From a bacterium (lineage in GTDB: Bacteria > Patescibacteriota > Minisyncoccia > Phycocordibacterales > UBA2100): a DNA stretch of 64,000 nucleotides. Within the stretch, counting starts at the first letter, position 1. The number at the start of each line of letters is the position of its first letter. Below, one piece after another: positions 8,858 to 18,495 of the stretch. The notes beneath the pieces were generated by a model. That model was not told the origin of the DNA and did no database searches. It saw nothing but the letters and a program-made list of their open reading frames with translations. The position numbers and the translations under genes are program-made. Location of the stretch: NCBI GenBank assembly GCA_038128225.1, contig JAYPJF010000001.1, forward strand, positions 2,155 through 66,154. Reading direction: 5' to 3'.

Positions 8858-10512
8858 GCGAGCTCTTCCTCGGTAGAACGCGGAGCAAAAAATCGAAGCG
8901 TACGCGTGTGAATAACATTCATGATTTCGCGGCACTCACGACTGCCAAGGAGCATATACACTACGACAATTACCCCTATGCCCGCAACCCCTGCAGATAT
9001 CGCGTGCATAATTACTGTAAGCAATGTGGTTGCTGGCGAAATACCTCCTAGAAACTGAAGTACTCCATACGAAACCATGCTGCCGACCCCCGTTGCAGTC
9101 ATACTTTGGAGGACGACCTCACCTACTGCACGTACGAAACCTCCCGAACGCACCTCGAACCAGATAAGAAGCAGTATGGCGTGTAGCACTCCTGCAAGTG
9201 TAAAAACAAATGGGAGCATGAGTACTTCAGTACCTGGCACATCAACAATGCGGAACAAATGCTCAATAAATGCTCTGGTGTGCACGTCGCGAAAGAACAT
9301 CTGAATGTAAGGAACACTAACGATCGCTATACTGACACTTAGCGCTCCGGTTATAAATGGTGCCCATGATTGTCCAGAGGCGTAGTACGCGCGGGCAATC
9401 AAAAGCGTAAGAGCCTGAAACACAAGCCCAACCGCGAGCATCGCAAATACCGCGGCAGTAAGACGTGTATCGGTCCAGTCAAAATTTCCTGAACCGAGCA
9501 CCACGCGCACGATGTGTGCGCGCAACACAATCAAAAGACCGATTGCCGGAACTGACCAGAAAATAATATGCCGCGCCGCAAGCGCAACATGCGAAATAAA
9601 TGCCTCATGATCACCACCGGCAAAAGCCCGTGAGAGTACTGGGAACGCTGCCACGGAATAACTCGCGCCAATGATAGCGAGTGGAACCGCTTCGAGATTG
9701 ATTGCAAACGAAAAGATGGAAACCGTACCTGCGGTAAGTGTTGTCCCGAGGGTAACTAAGAACAAAAGGAGTATTTGCTGCATCGAAAGCGCAAGCGTTC
9801 GTGGAAGCGAGACCCGAATCGTGTTGAAAATATCTGCGATACGAACTCGCAACGAAAAGCCACGAAACACATATTCTTGAAACACAAAAGGAAGCAGTGT
9901 TGCAGTATGTAGTAGCGCACCGAGTACAACCCCCCACGCAAGCCCAACAGAACCCAACGCAGGGTACAATACAAACAAACTCGCAATAATTCCGATATTG
10001 TACATAAGTGGTGCAATCGCGTACAACAAAAATCGCCCACGAAGCTGAACAATAGCCGCGAGGAAATTTGAGGCACTCAATAAGAGTGCTTGCAAAAGCA
10101 TGATACGACTCATGAGAATCAGGAGCTCACGCGATGCTCCTGGAAATAAATGTGTCGCGATAAAAGGCATCAAAACCCATGTAGTACTCGCAACAACAAG
10201 CATCAAAATAGCATACCCGGTAAACACTGAATCAATGTAGGTGCGCTGTTCCTGTTCTGATCGCTTCGAGAGTTCTGGGATTAACACATACGTCGATACG
10301 AGCGCTGCGGCAATCACGAATACCAAATCGGGAATGCGAAACGCCGCGTAGTACGTATCAAGTAAGGGACCCGCACCAAACATGTGCGCAAAAAGACGAT
10401 CCCTCAGTAGTGCAAGTAGCGAAGAAACGAGCGCGCCGCCACCAAGAATATAGGCAGCAGCGTGCACACCCCTTACTTCATTGTCGAAGAAACGCCACAG
10501 GCGCCCAATCAT
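8854..10512 (-). CDS. murJ: Lipid II flippase MurJ
   Basis: LRDRLFAHMFGAG..DTYYAAFRIPD, multi-TM, ARAYYA. Confidence 0.92.
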   Translation of the reverse strand: MIGRLWRFFDNEVRGVHAAAYILGGGALVSSLLALLRDRLFAHMFGAGPLLDTYYAAFRIPDLVFVIAAALVSTYVLIPELSKRSEQEQRTYIDSVFTGYAILMLVVASTTWVLMPFIATHLFPGASRELLILMSRIMLLQALLLSASNFLAAIVQLRGRFLLYAIAPLMYNIGIIASLFVLYPALGSVGLAWGVVLGALLHTATLLPFVFQEYVFRGFSLRVRIADIFNTIRVSLPRTLALSMQQILLLFLVTLGTTLTAGTVSIFSFAINLEAVPLAIIGASYSVAAFPVLSRAFAGGDHEAFISHVALAARHIIFWSVPAIGLLIVLRAHIVRVVLGSGNFDWTDTRLTAAVFAMLAVGLVFQALTLLIARAYYASGQSWAPFITGALSVSIAIVSVPYIQMFFRDVHTRAFIEHLFRIVDVPGTEVLMLPFVFTLAGVLHAILLLIWFEVRSGGFVRAVGEVVLQSMTATGVGSMVSYGVLQFLGGISPATTLLTVIMHAISAGVAGIGVIVVVYMLLGSRECREIMNVIHTRTLRFFAPRSTEEELA

Positions 10513-10514
10513 AC

Positions 10515-12812
10515 TTATTCACCTGTTGATGTCTCTTTCGCCGCAGCGGCAGCTTGTCGAGCGGTTTCGAGAGCGGCACTCGCCTCTGCACTCGTGGGAT
10601 TAAGTTGAGTGACAACCTCAAGTGCGCGGACCGCATCCTCGGCTCGTCCGATTCGGAGATATGAAGCGCTGAGAAGATACAGTGCGTCTGCGTACTGTGA
10701 ATTGCGCACAACCGCTTGCTCAAACGCCGCGGCAGCATCGGTAAACTGACCCGTACTAAATAAAATACTTCCGAGGTAGAACCACGCCACTGGTTCTTCT
10801 GGGACTGCCTGCACGAGGCCTACTGCAACCGCTTGTGCAGATTGTAAGTCGTTTGCGGAAACTAATAACTGCATCTGTAGCAAGAGCGCAGGAGCATAAT
10901 TTTGCTTAACCTGAAGCGATTGGTTAAGAAACGCTACACCTTCTTCGGCTTTTCCTTGTGTGAAAGCAAGCCGCGCTAATTGCAAATAAGGGAATGGGTT
11001 TGAAGGATTTTCCTGCACCGCGCGTTCGTACGCTTTGCGCGCCTCTTCATACGCACCCTGAACCTGCGCCCCTACCAGCTGTTCATACCCACGTGCAAGC
11101 GCGAGCCAGTTTTGGTAATCGTATGCATTGCCATTTACAGCAGCGAGGCCGTGCTGAATTGATGTTTGAAGCACTTGCTGTAATTCATTTCGCAACTGCT
11201 CAGTGTCTTCCCCGCCTTTTTGAATTAGTGCGTTCAATTGAATAAACCCGAGCTCAACTGCAGCACGATGTGCGCGATCATTGTTTGGCGCAATCGAAAG
11301 CGCCTGTTGGACATACTGCTGAGCGCGCGCAAGATCAGTACTTGTTTGATACACGGCGGCTGCGCGATTTACGAACAGCTCAGCTGCCATAGCGCGGCCT
11401 GTCATGGCTCCCGCATAGAGAGCGCCCGCGATCACAACCACTGCCCCAATGTAAACAATAAAACGTGCTCGAGGCTGTTCATCGCCCCCAATCACAAACT
11501 TCGAGACACTGCCGGATACGCGTCCGAGTGCAACACAAACCCCCGTGAGTAAGAAAGCAAGCGCGATGAGAGCAACGCCCGACGGATACATGATGTGCAA
11601 CCCCCACAAGTACAACGTTGCAATCACGATCCCTAATCCAACAAACCACGCGCGCTCATCAAGTGCTTTTGATCCAACAATAAGTCGAGTTCCACGATAC
11701 AGTACCGCACACAAAAATATGACCCACGCGAGTACACCAATAATCCCTGTCGTTATAAACGCCGTGGGTATAAAGCCAACTCCTTGCACGAAATCCGCAT
11801 TCCAAAATACAGTTTCGTTCACCCCGGCAGGTTTCGCTTTTGCCCACTCACGCACGAACGTGTTTGGGCCCGAGCCGGTAAGTGCACGTGCGCCGTCATA
11901 CACTGCTGCAGCAACTGCCACTGTGCCCTCCCACGAAGGACGTACCTCAATTTGTGCCGTTTGCAAACGCTCAGGAAGTATTTGTTGCACATTCGAACCA
12001 AAAAAGTACAACGTACCTGAAAGAATGAGCGGGAGCGCAAATAGTACCAACGGCAGTAGCTGGCGTTGTTGCGTGCGCATACGAAATGCCGTAACACTCA
12101 AGGCGACAAACGAAGCAGCACCGAGCACTATCCATACATCGAGCATGTTTATGAGAGCGAGGAGCACAAGCGATGCGGCGTAGACCGCCCACGCAACGTA
12201 TCGCGCTCGGTCCACACCCGATTGCGCAAGATAGGCTCCCGCCATTAAAACCAGCAGACCAAGAAAGGCGGCGAGGTCATGCCAGGACCCAACAACACTT
12301 GCGGTTTTTCCAGACAGGACACCACCAAGATCAAGCAAAGAAAAGGGTACTACCAATCGCACTAATGTAAAAAACACAACAAACAAGCCCCCGATAAGCA
12401 CCAGCCGGTAACCGGAAAGGATCGCGCGGTATGAGTGGAGTGCAAACGCCGCAAGCGCAAAAGCAATAAACCACATCGTTATCGCTGTTACCGTATCACG
12501 CTCAATACCATACCCTACGAATGAAGTCGGTATGTTTTCCGTAAACAGAAGCGAAACTGCATAGGAGAGCGGTATAAGTACCGTGCCAACCAAGATCCAA
12601 TCTTTAGGGATCGCGAGCGTGCCCTGTTTAAATCGCGTAATACCCCAAGCCACAAAACCAGTTACTAAGAGCGCTGTCAGAAGAACCATTTTTGCATGCG
12701 TAATCGGTACCCATGGCACGGGTACAAAAAAGAGCGCCAAGAAACCAAGTAGAATAAAAACGGAGAGTTCGGCGATTCGTGCAAAAAAACCGCCTGTATA
12801 TTGTTCCTGCAT
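10515..12812 (-). CDS. Polytopic membrane protein (O-antigen ligase-like) with C-terminal TPR repeats
   Basis: About 12 TMs, GSGPNTF loop, C-terminal TPR-like repeats (AWFYLG, ALYLLS). Confidence 0.75.
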   Translation of the reverse strand: MQEQYTGGFFARIAELSVFILLGFLALFFVPVPWVPITHAKMVLLTALLVTGFVAWGITRFKQGTLAIPKDWILVGTVLIPLSYAVSLLFTENIPTSFVGYGIERDTVTAITMWFIAFALAAFALHSYRAILSGYRLVLIGGLFVVFFTLVRLVVPFSLLDLGGVLSGKTASVVGSWHDLAAFLGLLVLMAGAYLAQSGVDRARYVAWAVYAASLVLLALINMLDVWIVLGAASFVALSVTAFRMRTQQRQLLPLVLFALPLILSGTLYFFGSNVQQILPERLQTAQIEVRPSWEGTVAVAAAVYDGARALTGSGPNTFVREWAKAKPAGVNETVFWNADFVQGVGFIPTAFITTGIIGVLAWVIFLCAVLYRGTRLIVGSKALDERAWFVGLGIVIATLYLWGLHIMYPSGVALIALAFLLTGVCVALGRVSGSVSKFVIGGDEQPRARFIVYIGAVVVIAGALYAGAMTGRAMAAELFVNRAAAVYQTSTDLARAQQYVQQALSIAPNNDRAHRAAVELGFIQLNALIQKGGEDTEQLRNELQQVLQTSIQHGLAAVNGNAYDYQNWLALARGYEQLVGAQVQGAYEEARKAYERAVQENPSNPFPYLQLARLAFTQGKAEEGVAFLNQSLQVKQNYAPALLLQMQLLVSANDLQSAQAVAVGLVQAVPEEPVAWFYLGSILFSTGQFTDAAAAFEQAVVRNSQYADALYLLSASYLRIGRAEDAVRALEVVTQLNPTSAEASAALETARQAAAAAKETSTGE

Positions 12813-12873
12813 CTTTGCATGATATCACGAGCAAAACAGATAAGTTTATAAGAGTGGAAAACTTATTCTTAGC

Positions 12874-12997
12874 CAAAAGAAGACCCTTTCGGGCCTTCTT
12901 TTGATTCATTTCGCTGCATCATATGCAGCGCATATAGATTTGCTTACTCACAAAAGAAGACCCTTTCGGGCCTTCTTTTGATTCATTTCGCTGCATC
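12874..12997. repeat. 47-bp direct repeat (rnpB 3' end plus terminator) x2
   Basis: CAAAAGAAGACCCTTTCGGGCCTTCTTTTGATTCATTTCGCTGCATC at 12874-12920 and 12951-12997. Confidence 0.92.
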
Positions 12998-13321
12998 TAT
13001 AAGCCGGGTTCTGTCCCTCGCTTTTTAGCGAGTGTGTAGTCATTTATCTGGGCGCATAGTTACCTAAGCGCTCGAGCGGTACGAACCAGTAAAACTGGAA
13101 CACGACCTTGCACGGAGATAAGGATTTAGCCGTTTCAATCCTGCATTACTGCAGGCATCACCCCGAAGGGGCTCTCGCCTTTCGGCTTAAGCGTCTCTGC
13201 TCGCACCTCTCATCTTACGATGTGTGGGCGTTACCCACTACCCTTTTCCTCGGTTTACCGAGGCCGAGCCCGGACTTTCCTCAGCCAGGCATTACTGCCG
13301 GCCGCGACCACCCAATGCAGC
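12989..13321 (-). ncRNA. rnpB: RNase P RNA
   Basis: Minus strand GAGGAAAGTCCGGGCTC near the 5' end and ACAGAACCCGGCTTATA near the 3' end; P1 GCTGCAT/ATGCAGC. Confidence 0.95.
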
Positions 13322-13399
13322 TGTGGGTACTGTAACAAACTTGCACTTCTCAGTAAAGATTGTATGGTCTAAGGCAGTCTAAAAGCAAAGGAGTGCCTC

Positions 13400-13858
13400 A
13401 TGAAAAAACTCGTTCTCTGCGCTTTCTTCGTGATCTTTTTTGTAAGCTCCGGAGTGGCTCTCGAGGGGCAAAAAACCGATTCGCGATGGGCATATGAGTA
13501 CATTCTCGCGCGTCCGACCATCGAGCAGGATGGATTGAAAGGAATAGAAGACAAACTCGAAGGGGCGCCGTTTGGATTTCGCGTATTCGCAAACACGTTC
13601 TATCCTCAATCTCTCATTTTCGTCGTGCCAATGATTCTTGCAATCCACAATGAAGACGGGAGCATACAACCTGTCCACTGCATTAGTAAAATTAGTGACG
13701 AAGGACTTGATGGGAGTGTGAATTGGGTACGCGTCGCGTGTTTTGGCGATATCACCAATGACGAACAGGCCGTACTTACTGAAGCGGTGCGTGAAGGAGC
13801 GGATCATGTGCTCATGCGCATGATCGCTGTTCTGAAGCGACACCACGTACCTCTGTAA
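13400..13858 (+). CDS. Hypothetical secreted protein
   Basis: Signal-peptide-like N-terminus, AAAGGAG SD, upstream TTGCAC..TATGGT, downstream terminator. Confidence 0.72.
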   Translation: MKKLVLCAFFVIFFVSSGVALEGQKTDSRWAYEYILARPTIEQDGLKGIEDKLEGAPFGFRVFANTFYPQSLIFVVPMILAIHNEDGSIQPVHCISKISDEGLDGSVNWVRVACFGDITNDEQAVLTEAVREGADHVLMRMIAVLKRHHVPL

Positions 13859-13863
13859 CACAT

Positions 13864-13899
13864 CAAAAGAGCGCGGCTCCCGCCGCGCTCTTTTGTTTT
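13864..13899. terminator. Bidirectional intrinsic terminator
   Basis: CAAAAGAGCGCGGC-TCCC-GCCGCGCTCTTTTG. Confidence 0.85.
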
Positions 13900-13927
13900 C
13901 AAAACACTCTTCCAATTGAAACTTTTC

Positions 13928-16279
13928 TTACACTATCTCACACACTCCACCTGCACACGCAAGCTCTTTCTTTTGTTCAGTCTCATCGCGTTTTTCGTAA
14001 GTGACAATCTTCGAGTAGTCGATGTGACCAACGCGCTTAAGTAGCTCTTCGTACTTCTCTTTCGTACACGCCTCCATAGGAGCAAGCCGGTAGACGTGAT
14101 CTGCCCGCGGCAAGAACGACAAGCCGCCGATAATATTCCAGTTTTCGTAGAGCCAATTCGCAACAGTGATCCATTCATTTTCACCAACCGAAATCGTTAC
14201 CGATGGATTATGTTCCGTATAGTTGAGTTTGACCATTTTCCAATACTCAAGCTGGTCAAGCGCGGTAAAGTCGTCTTTGAACTTTGAACCCTTCGGTGCC
14301 TTAACCGGGAATTCAAGCACGTAGGTATTCGCGCTGTCGATCGACTGACCAACTTCTGGATAATACGGTACACCCTGATCCCTCAACATCTTGAAAAGCG
14401 CATCGGTCGCAGAGATACGGATACGTTGGATATAGTACTGCGCAAACCGTGGGTGCATGCCTGACGCATTATCGAACGTTTTAGAGACAGTTCCCGATGG
14501 CTTCACACACGTGATAGCGCTCGAGGGGTTTATTTTGAAGCGTTTCGCGTATTTTTGATTTTCCTTAACAGCAGCGTCTCGCATTTTCTTGAGTGTCTCC
14601 GCATTGCGAACCGCAGGAGAATCCCATTGTCCAGTGATTGATACCCCGAGCAATCGCTCTTGTTCACAGTTCTCGCTCCATTCTTTGGAAATATAGTTGA
14701 AGCGCGTCAGTGTTGATTGATACGTTCCCAGAAGTGTCGCAAGGCGCGTTTTCCGAATCAACGACGCTTCCGTGTCCTGTGAGCGCGCAATAACCTCCGT
14801 TAAGTTACAGAATTGGCGGCTCTGGAGAATGATCTCACCACACGGGTTTGTGCCCAATTGACCAATGTAGCCGTTTCCTTTTCCAAATTTCTTGCGAAGA
14901 TACTCAACGCGCCGCTTTGGAAGCGTTGCAGAAAGCGAACCGCGATTAAAAATACCACGCTCTCCGGTACCCGCTTTCATCAAAGCAACCCATTCGTCCA
15001 TAAACTCGACGTTGGTTGGCTTAAACTCATACACCGCTGAGTTATTTGCAATCGATCGATGTGGGTCTGTGAGGAAGAATTGGCCTTTTTTAGCATCCCG
15101 CACAAATTCATCATCAATATCCGAGAGCGATATCATTGCACTCCGGCGCACACCTCCCGCTACGACACATTCGCCGATTTTACAAATGATGTCATGTGCA
15201 TCGATAGTGCGCAGCCGTCTCCCTTGGCGCGCCAAAATGCGATCACGTGCAAAATCAAGTAGCGAACGAAGCGGATCGGGGCCGGACGCTTTGCCCCCCA
15301 TGGTCTTAAGTCGCGCCCCTGCTGGACGCACTTGCGAATAATCGAAGGTGACGTCCTTGCCCGAGTACCATGTTTTAAGGCCTAACGTAAGCGAGTCTGC
15401 CCATCCTTCTTTCGAGTCCCCAACAACATGCGCCGGGAGCACTTCTCCAGTTTGTTTCGCGATTTGTGGCAATTGTTCCACGTTTTGACTTTCTACCGAG
15501 AAACCAACTCCCGTACCCATCATCGAGAGGTACATGATTTCCGCAAAATCCTCAAGGCGTGTAGGGGCAATAAATGAGCAGTTGTACGCACACACATTAC
15601 ACTTACGCGCAGAATCGCCTGAAAACTGCATCAAGCGCATCGAAGGCATGACCTCTTGCTTCAAAATCGCATCCTTCACCTCTGCGTACTCTTTCTTGGT
15701 GAGTTTGTCACCAAGATTCTCCTTCATGAAGTCGACGTAGCGCTCTACGGTCTCAACCCACGTCTCGCGTCGCTGCTCGCTTTCGATCCAGCGCGCATAC
15801 GAGCGCAAATACACAAACTCACCAAGCGGATTATCTTTGAAATATTTTTTACTTTCTTCTGCAAGCTTACGCACATGCTCAGGAACTTCGCCGAGTTCTT
15901 TGCGAATCTTTGCACGCTCCGCGCGATACAAAATATACGCTTTCGCGGTCGCGACGTAGTCAGAAAGGATCAATTGACGCTCCACTTCATCCTGACAACC
16001 TTCAACGGTGGGCAAAAAGTTCTTGTATTTCTTGGCGATTGTCATCATCTCACTCGCTACCTTATGAGAAACTACAACCGCTTCTTCAAGCGATCCTTCA
16101 CCGGTAGCAAGCATTGCTTTATGCACTGCAGTTTGTACTTTTTCAAACTCGAACGGAACAACACGCCCATCTCGTTTCTGAATCTTGGGCAAATATTTCC
16201 GATACACTTTTATCAACGCGTCGCCACTTTGATTCGCAATGCGACCTACGGGGCGGCGAGCAACGGTTGTCTTAGACAT
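13928..16279 (-). CDS. nrdJ: Class II (AdoCbl-dependent) ribonucleotide reductase with N-terminal ATP-cone
   Basis: KRDGRVVPF ATP-cone, AYNC, GGVRRSA, TNPCGEI, FCNLTE, CVKPSGT, C-terminal CAGGVCE. Confidence 0.93.
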   Translation of the reverse strand: MSKTTVARRPVGRIANQSGDALIKVYRKYLPKIQKRDGRVVPFEFEKVQTAVHKAMLATGEGSLEEAVVVSHKVASEMMTIAKKYKNFLPTVEGCQDEVERQLILSDYVATAKAYILYRAERAKIRKELGEVPEHVRKLAEESKKYFKDNPLGEFVYLRSYARWIESEQRRETWVETVERYVDFMKENLGDKLTKKEYAEVKDAILKQEVMPSMRLMQFSGDSARKCNVCAYNCSFIAPTRLEDFAEIMYLSMMGTGVGFSVESQNVEQLPQIAKQTGEVLPAHVVGDSKEGWADSLTLGLKTWYSGKDVTFDYSQVRPAGARLKTMGGKASGPDPLRSLLDFARDRILARQGRRLRTIDAHDIICKIGECVVAGGVRRSAMISLSDIDDEFVRDAKKGQFFLTDPHRSIANNSAVYEFKPTNVEFMDEWVALMKAGTGERGIFNRGSLSATLPKRRVEYLRKKFGKGNGYIGQLGTNPCGEIILQSRQFCNLTEVIARSQDTEASLIRKTRLATLLGTYQSTLTRFNYISKEWSENCEQERLLGVSITGQWDSPAVRNAETLKKMRDAAVKENQKYAKRFKINPSSAITCVKPSGTVSKTFDNASGMHPRFAQYYIQRIRISATDALFKMLRDQGVPYYPEVGQSIDSANTYVLEFPVKAPKGSKFKDDFTALDQLEYWKMVKLNYTEHNPSVTISVGENEWITVANWLYENWNIIGGLSFLPRADHVYRLAPMEACTKEKYEELLKRVGHIDYSKIVTYEKRDETEQKKELACAGGVCEIV

Positions 16280-16339
16280 GCGCACGAGCGATAAACTGAT
16301 AATGAGTGCATTGTACTCCTCTCGCCAACTGCTCAGCCT

Positions 16340-16348
16340 TGTGGATAA
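16340..16348 (-). promoter_or_regulatory. Perfect DnaA box upstream of nrdJ
   Basis: TTATCCACA on the minus strand, about 60 nt before the nrdJ start and upstream of a TACAAT -10. Confidence 0.55.
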
Positions 16349-16433
16349 CCGAAGCTCAAATTAATTTACCTGAATCAATACTCAAATAAGGAATTTTTGT
16401 AGTAGACGAAGCTGCGTCAGCGCACGAATTGAC

Positions 16434-16901
16434 TCAAAGGTCAACCGCCACACCATCCCCGATCTTGATGTTGTATTGTTCAGCAAACCCAGCGGGAACT
16501 TCAAGAACATAACGCGCCGGTACGTGGGGACGAAAAACCTTAGGGTAGCTCTCTGGCGCCACGTTCGCTTCAATATCCGTAACAATTTTTTCTTCCGAAA
16601 TCCAGAACACATCTATAGGAAACTTCATATCGCGCATCCAGATGCCGTACATATCATCTTTTTCAAAAACAAAAAACATTCCTTGGTTTAAAGGCAATCT
16701 GGTCCTCCCCGAAAGTCCTTGTTCTCGCTCGCGCGGCTCATCCACAACATACACACGCAAAGGAGTGCCGCCAATACTTAAGGGTTTAAGTCCTGCACCC
16801 TCAGGCACAAAGGGAACCACGCCGTCCTCCACCGAGTATATAGATATCATTACCGCGAGTATCAGCACGGATGCTGCAAACACGATAACCTTCGCATTCA
16901 T
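16434..16901 (-). CDS. DUF192 family protein
   Basis: REQGLSGR..QGMFFVF..IWMRDMKFPIDV..YVLEVPAG. Confidence 0.92.
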   Translation of the reverse strand: MNAKVIVFAASVLILAVMISIYSVEDGVVPFVPEGAGLKPLSIGGTPLRVYVVDEPREREQGLSGRTRLPLNQGMFFVFEKDDMYGIWMRDMKFPIDVFWISEEKIVTDIEANVAPESYPKVFRPHVPARYVLEVPAGFAEQYNIKIGDGVAVDL

Positions 16902-16940
16902 ACTGCGAGTGTAGCACGCTGAATTGTCCGCGTACGGTAA

Positions 16941-17351
16941 TTACGGGATAAGAACAAGCACTAAAGCCATGACCAAGATCGCAAGAAGTTGGTACGATGC
17001 ATTAATGAAGAAAAGTTTCCAAGGCTTCATGTCCCACAGCACGGGAGAAAGGAGTATGGGAACTTGAAAACCAAGCCAGATCCAAAAACCGAGCTCGAGC
17101 GCACCACGCCAATCGAAAACTCCCCACGCGAAACTGAAGTGAGCAAGCACATACGCAAAGACAAGCGACGCAAGCAATGCAATTCCCATCATGGGAAACA
17201 TTCTGCTTTTAGCTTTCTCAGCCATATCAGGAGTAATCCCGACAATATTCATCCAGGCAGTGCCAAAAACTTTCGGATGGTACCATACCATGCCCAACAA
17301 AAGTGGTACCAACGCGGCAACCGCTACTGCTAAAAGAGAGATTTCAAACAT
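16941..17351 (-). CDS. DUF1761 family membrane protein
   Basis: LGMVWYHPKVFGTAW, 4 TMs, INASY. Confidence 0.88.
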   Translation of the reverse strand: MFEISLLAVAVAALVPLLLGMVWYHPKVFGTAWMNIVGITPDMAEKAKSRMFPMMGIALLASLVFAYVLAHFSFAWGVFDWRGALELGFWIWLGFQVPILLSPVLWDMKPWKLFFINASYQLLAILVMALVLVLIP

Positions 17352-17428
17352 AGTGCTATATATCTTGGATAATACTGAAATGATAACAAAAGATGAGGAA
17401 AAGTGTAAGGCGCGTTCCGGCGACGTGT

Positions 17429-18058
17429 TTACAACTCACCTGGATGATGATGCCGAGCATACACCCTTGCGTTTCGTTGTAGGCCCAATAAAAGCACCAC
17501 ACCACAGAACGAAAGCGCCGACACCGTCATGAAGAGCGCGTTAAACCCATACGCCTCAGCGATCACTGCTCCCATCGTTGCCGCAATGGCAGTGCCGATA
17601 CTCGTGAGCGTTGAGTGCATACTCCACTCGAAACTTTCTTTTCCTCGATCGAGATGCAAACTCCACAAACCAAGCCACGTCGCATAAGCAATACCACTTC
17701 CAATTCCATACAAAAATTGGATGAAATAAATATGGTACACGTTTTCAGCGACAATATAGAGTAACGGCACCAACATCACGACTGTGGTTGCGCGTAATAG
17801 CCAGGCGAGGTCGTTGGCATCGTTATGCGTGTCAACATGCCGTGCAAATGGCAATTGAACAACGCTTTTTGAAACCAAAAATATAGAGGACGCGACCCCA
17901 ACACTGGTGAGTGTCATGCCCGTTATGGAGTCCGTAAGAAAAACGGCAAAAATGGGGTCAATAAGGCCAAATCCCGATATAATAAATATGTCTGCGGTGA
18001 GAAGATAAAACACTATCGGGTGCATTTTTACAAACCCCGATGGTCGCCGGAGACGCAT
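17429..18058 (-). CDS. Half-size (6-TM) MFS-like transporter
   Basis: GLIDPIFAVF, QFLYGIG, DRGKESFEWS; only 209 aa. Confidence 0.75.
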   Translation of the reverse strand: MRLRRPSGFVKMHPIVFYLLTADIFIISGFGLIDPIFAVFLTDSITGMTLTSVGVASSIFLVSKSVVQLPFARHVDTHNDANDLAWLLRATTVVMLVPLLYIVAENVYHIYFIQFLYGIGSGIAYATWLGLWSLHLDRGKESFEWSMHSTLTSIGTAIAATMGAVIAEAYGFNALFMTVSALSFCGVVLLLGLQRNARVYARHHHPGEL

Positions 18059-18060
18059 AC

Positions 18061-18444
18061 CTACGTGTGTTTAAAATCCAAGGAACATGAGTTAATACAA
18101 TACCGTTTTCCCCCTTCTTTGTGCGGCCCATCGTCGAATACGTGTCCCAAATGCCCACCACAGTGTGCGCACAAAACCTCTGTACGATTCATGCCATGCG
18201 AAGCGTCGTGTTCAAATACTACCGAGCCGGGCAGTGCGTCACTAAAACTTGGCCATCCTGTCCCTGAATCAAACTTTGTACTGGAGTCAAAAAGTTGCGT
18301 GCCGCAGCCAGCGCAACGATACATGCCTGGCTCATGTTTATCATAATATTCACCCGCAAAGGGGGCTTCGGTTCCCTTTTCGCGCAACACGTGATACTGC
18401 TCAGGAGTTAGTATCTGTTTCCATTCATCCTCGCTCCGATTCAT
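18061..18444 (-). CDS. msrB: Peptide-methionine (R)-S-oxide reductase
   Basis: [33 protein letters not shown]. Confidence 0.97.
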   Translation of the reverse strand: MNRSEDEWKQILTPEQYHVLREKGTEAPFAGEYYDKHEPGMYRCAGCGTQLFDSSTKFDSGTGWPSFSDALPGSVVFEHDASHGMNRTEVLCAHCGGHLGHVFDDGPHKEGGKRYCINSCSLDFKHT

Positions 18445-18465
18445 GTAACTAGTATAACGTATGAA

Positions 18466-18488
18466 AAGGCCGCGCAGCGCGCGGCCTT
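18466..18488 (-). terminator. Terminator hairpin after prs
   Basis: AAGGCCGCGC-AGC-GCGCGGCCTT, T-run on the minus strand. Confidence 0.7.
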
Positions 18489-18495
18489 CGCAGGT

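Noticed and set aside
12874-12997. Two 47-bp repeats with a 30-bp spacer as a CRISPR array
   Set aside because: Only two units, the repeat is the rnpB 3' end plus terminator, and there are no cas genes.
13379-13915. 178-aa minus-strand ORF as the real gene
   Set aside because: The plus-strand ORF 13400-13858 has a promoter, SD, signal peptide and terminator; the minus ORF starts across the terminator hairpin.
16286-16433. Cobalamin riboswitch or NrdR boxes upstream of nrdJ
   Set aside because: The leader is too short and neither consensus was recognised.
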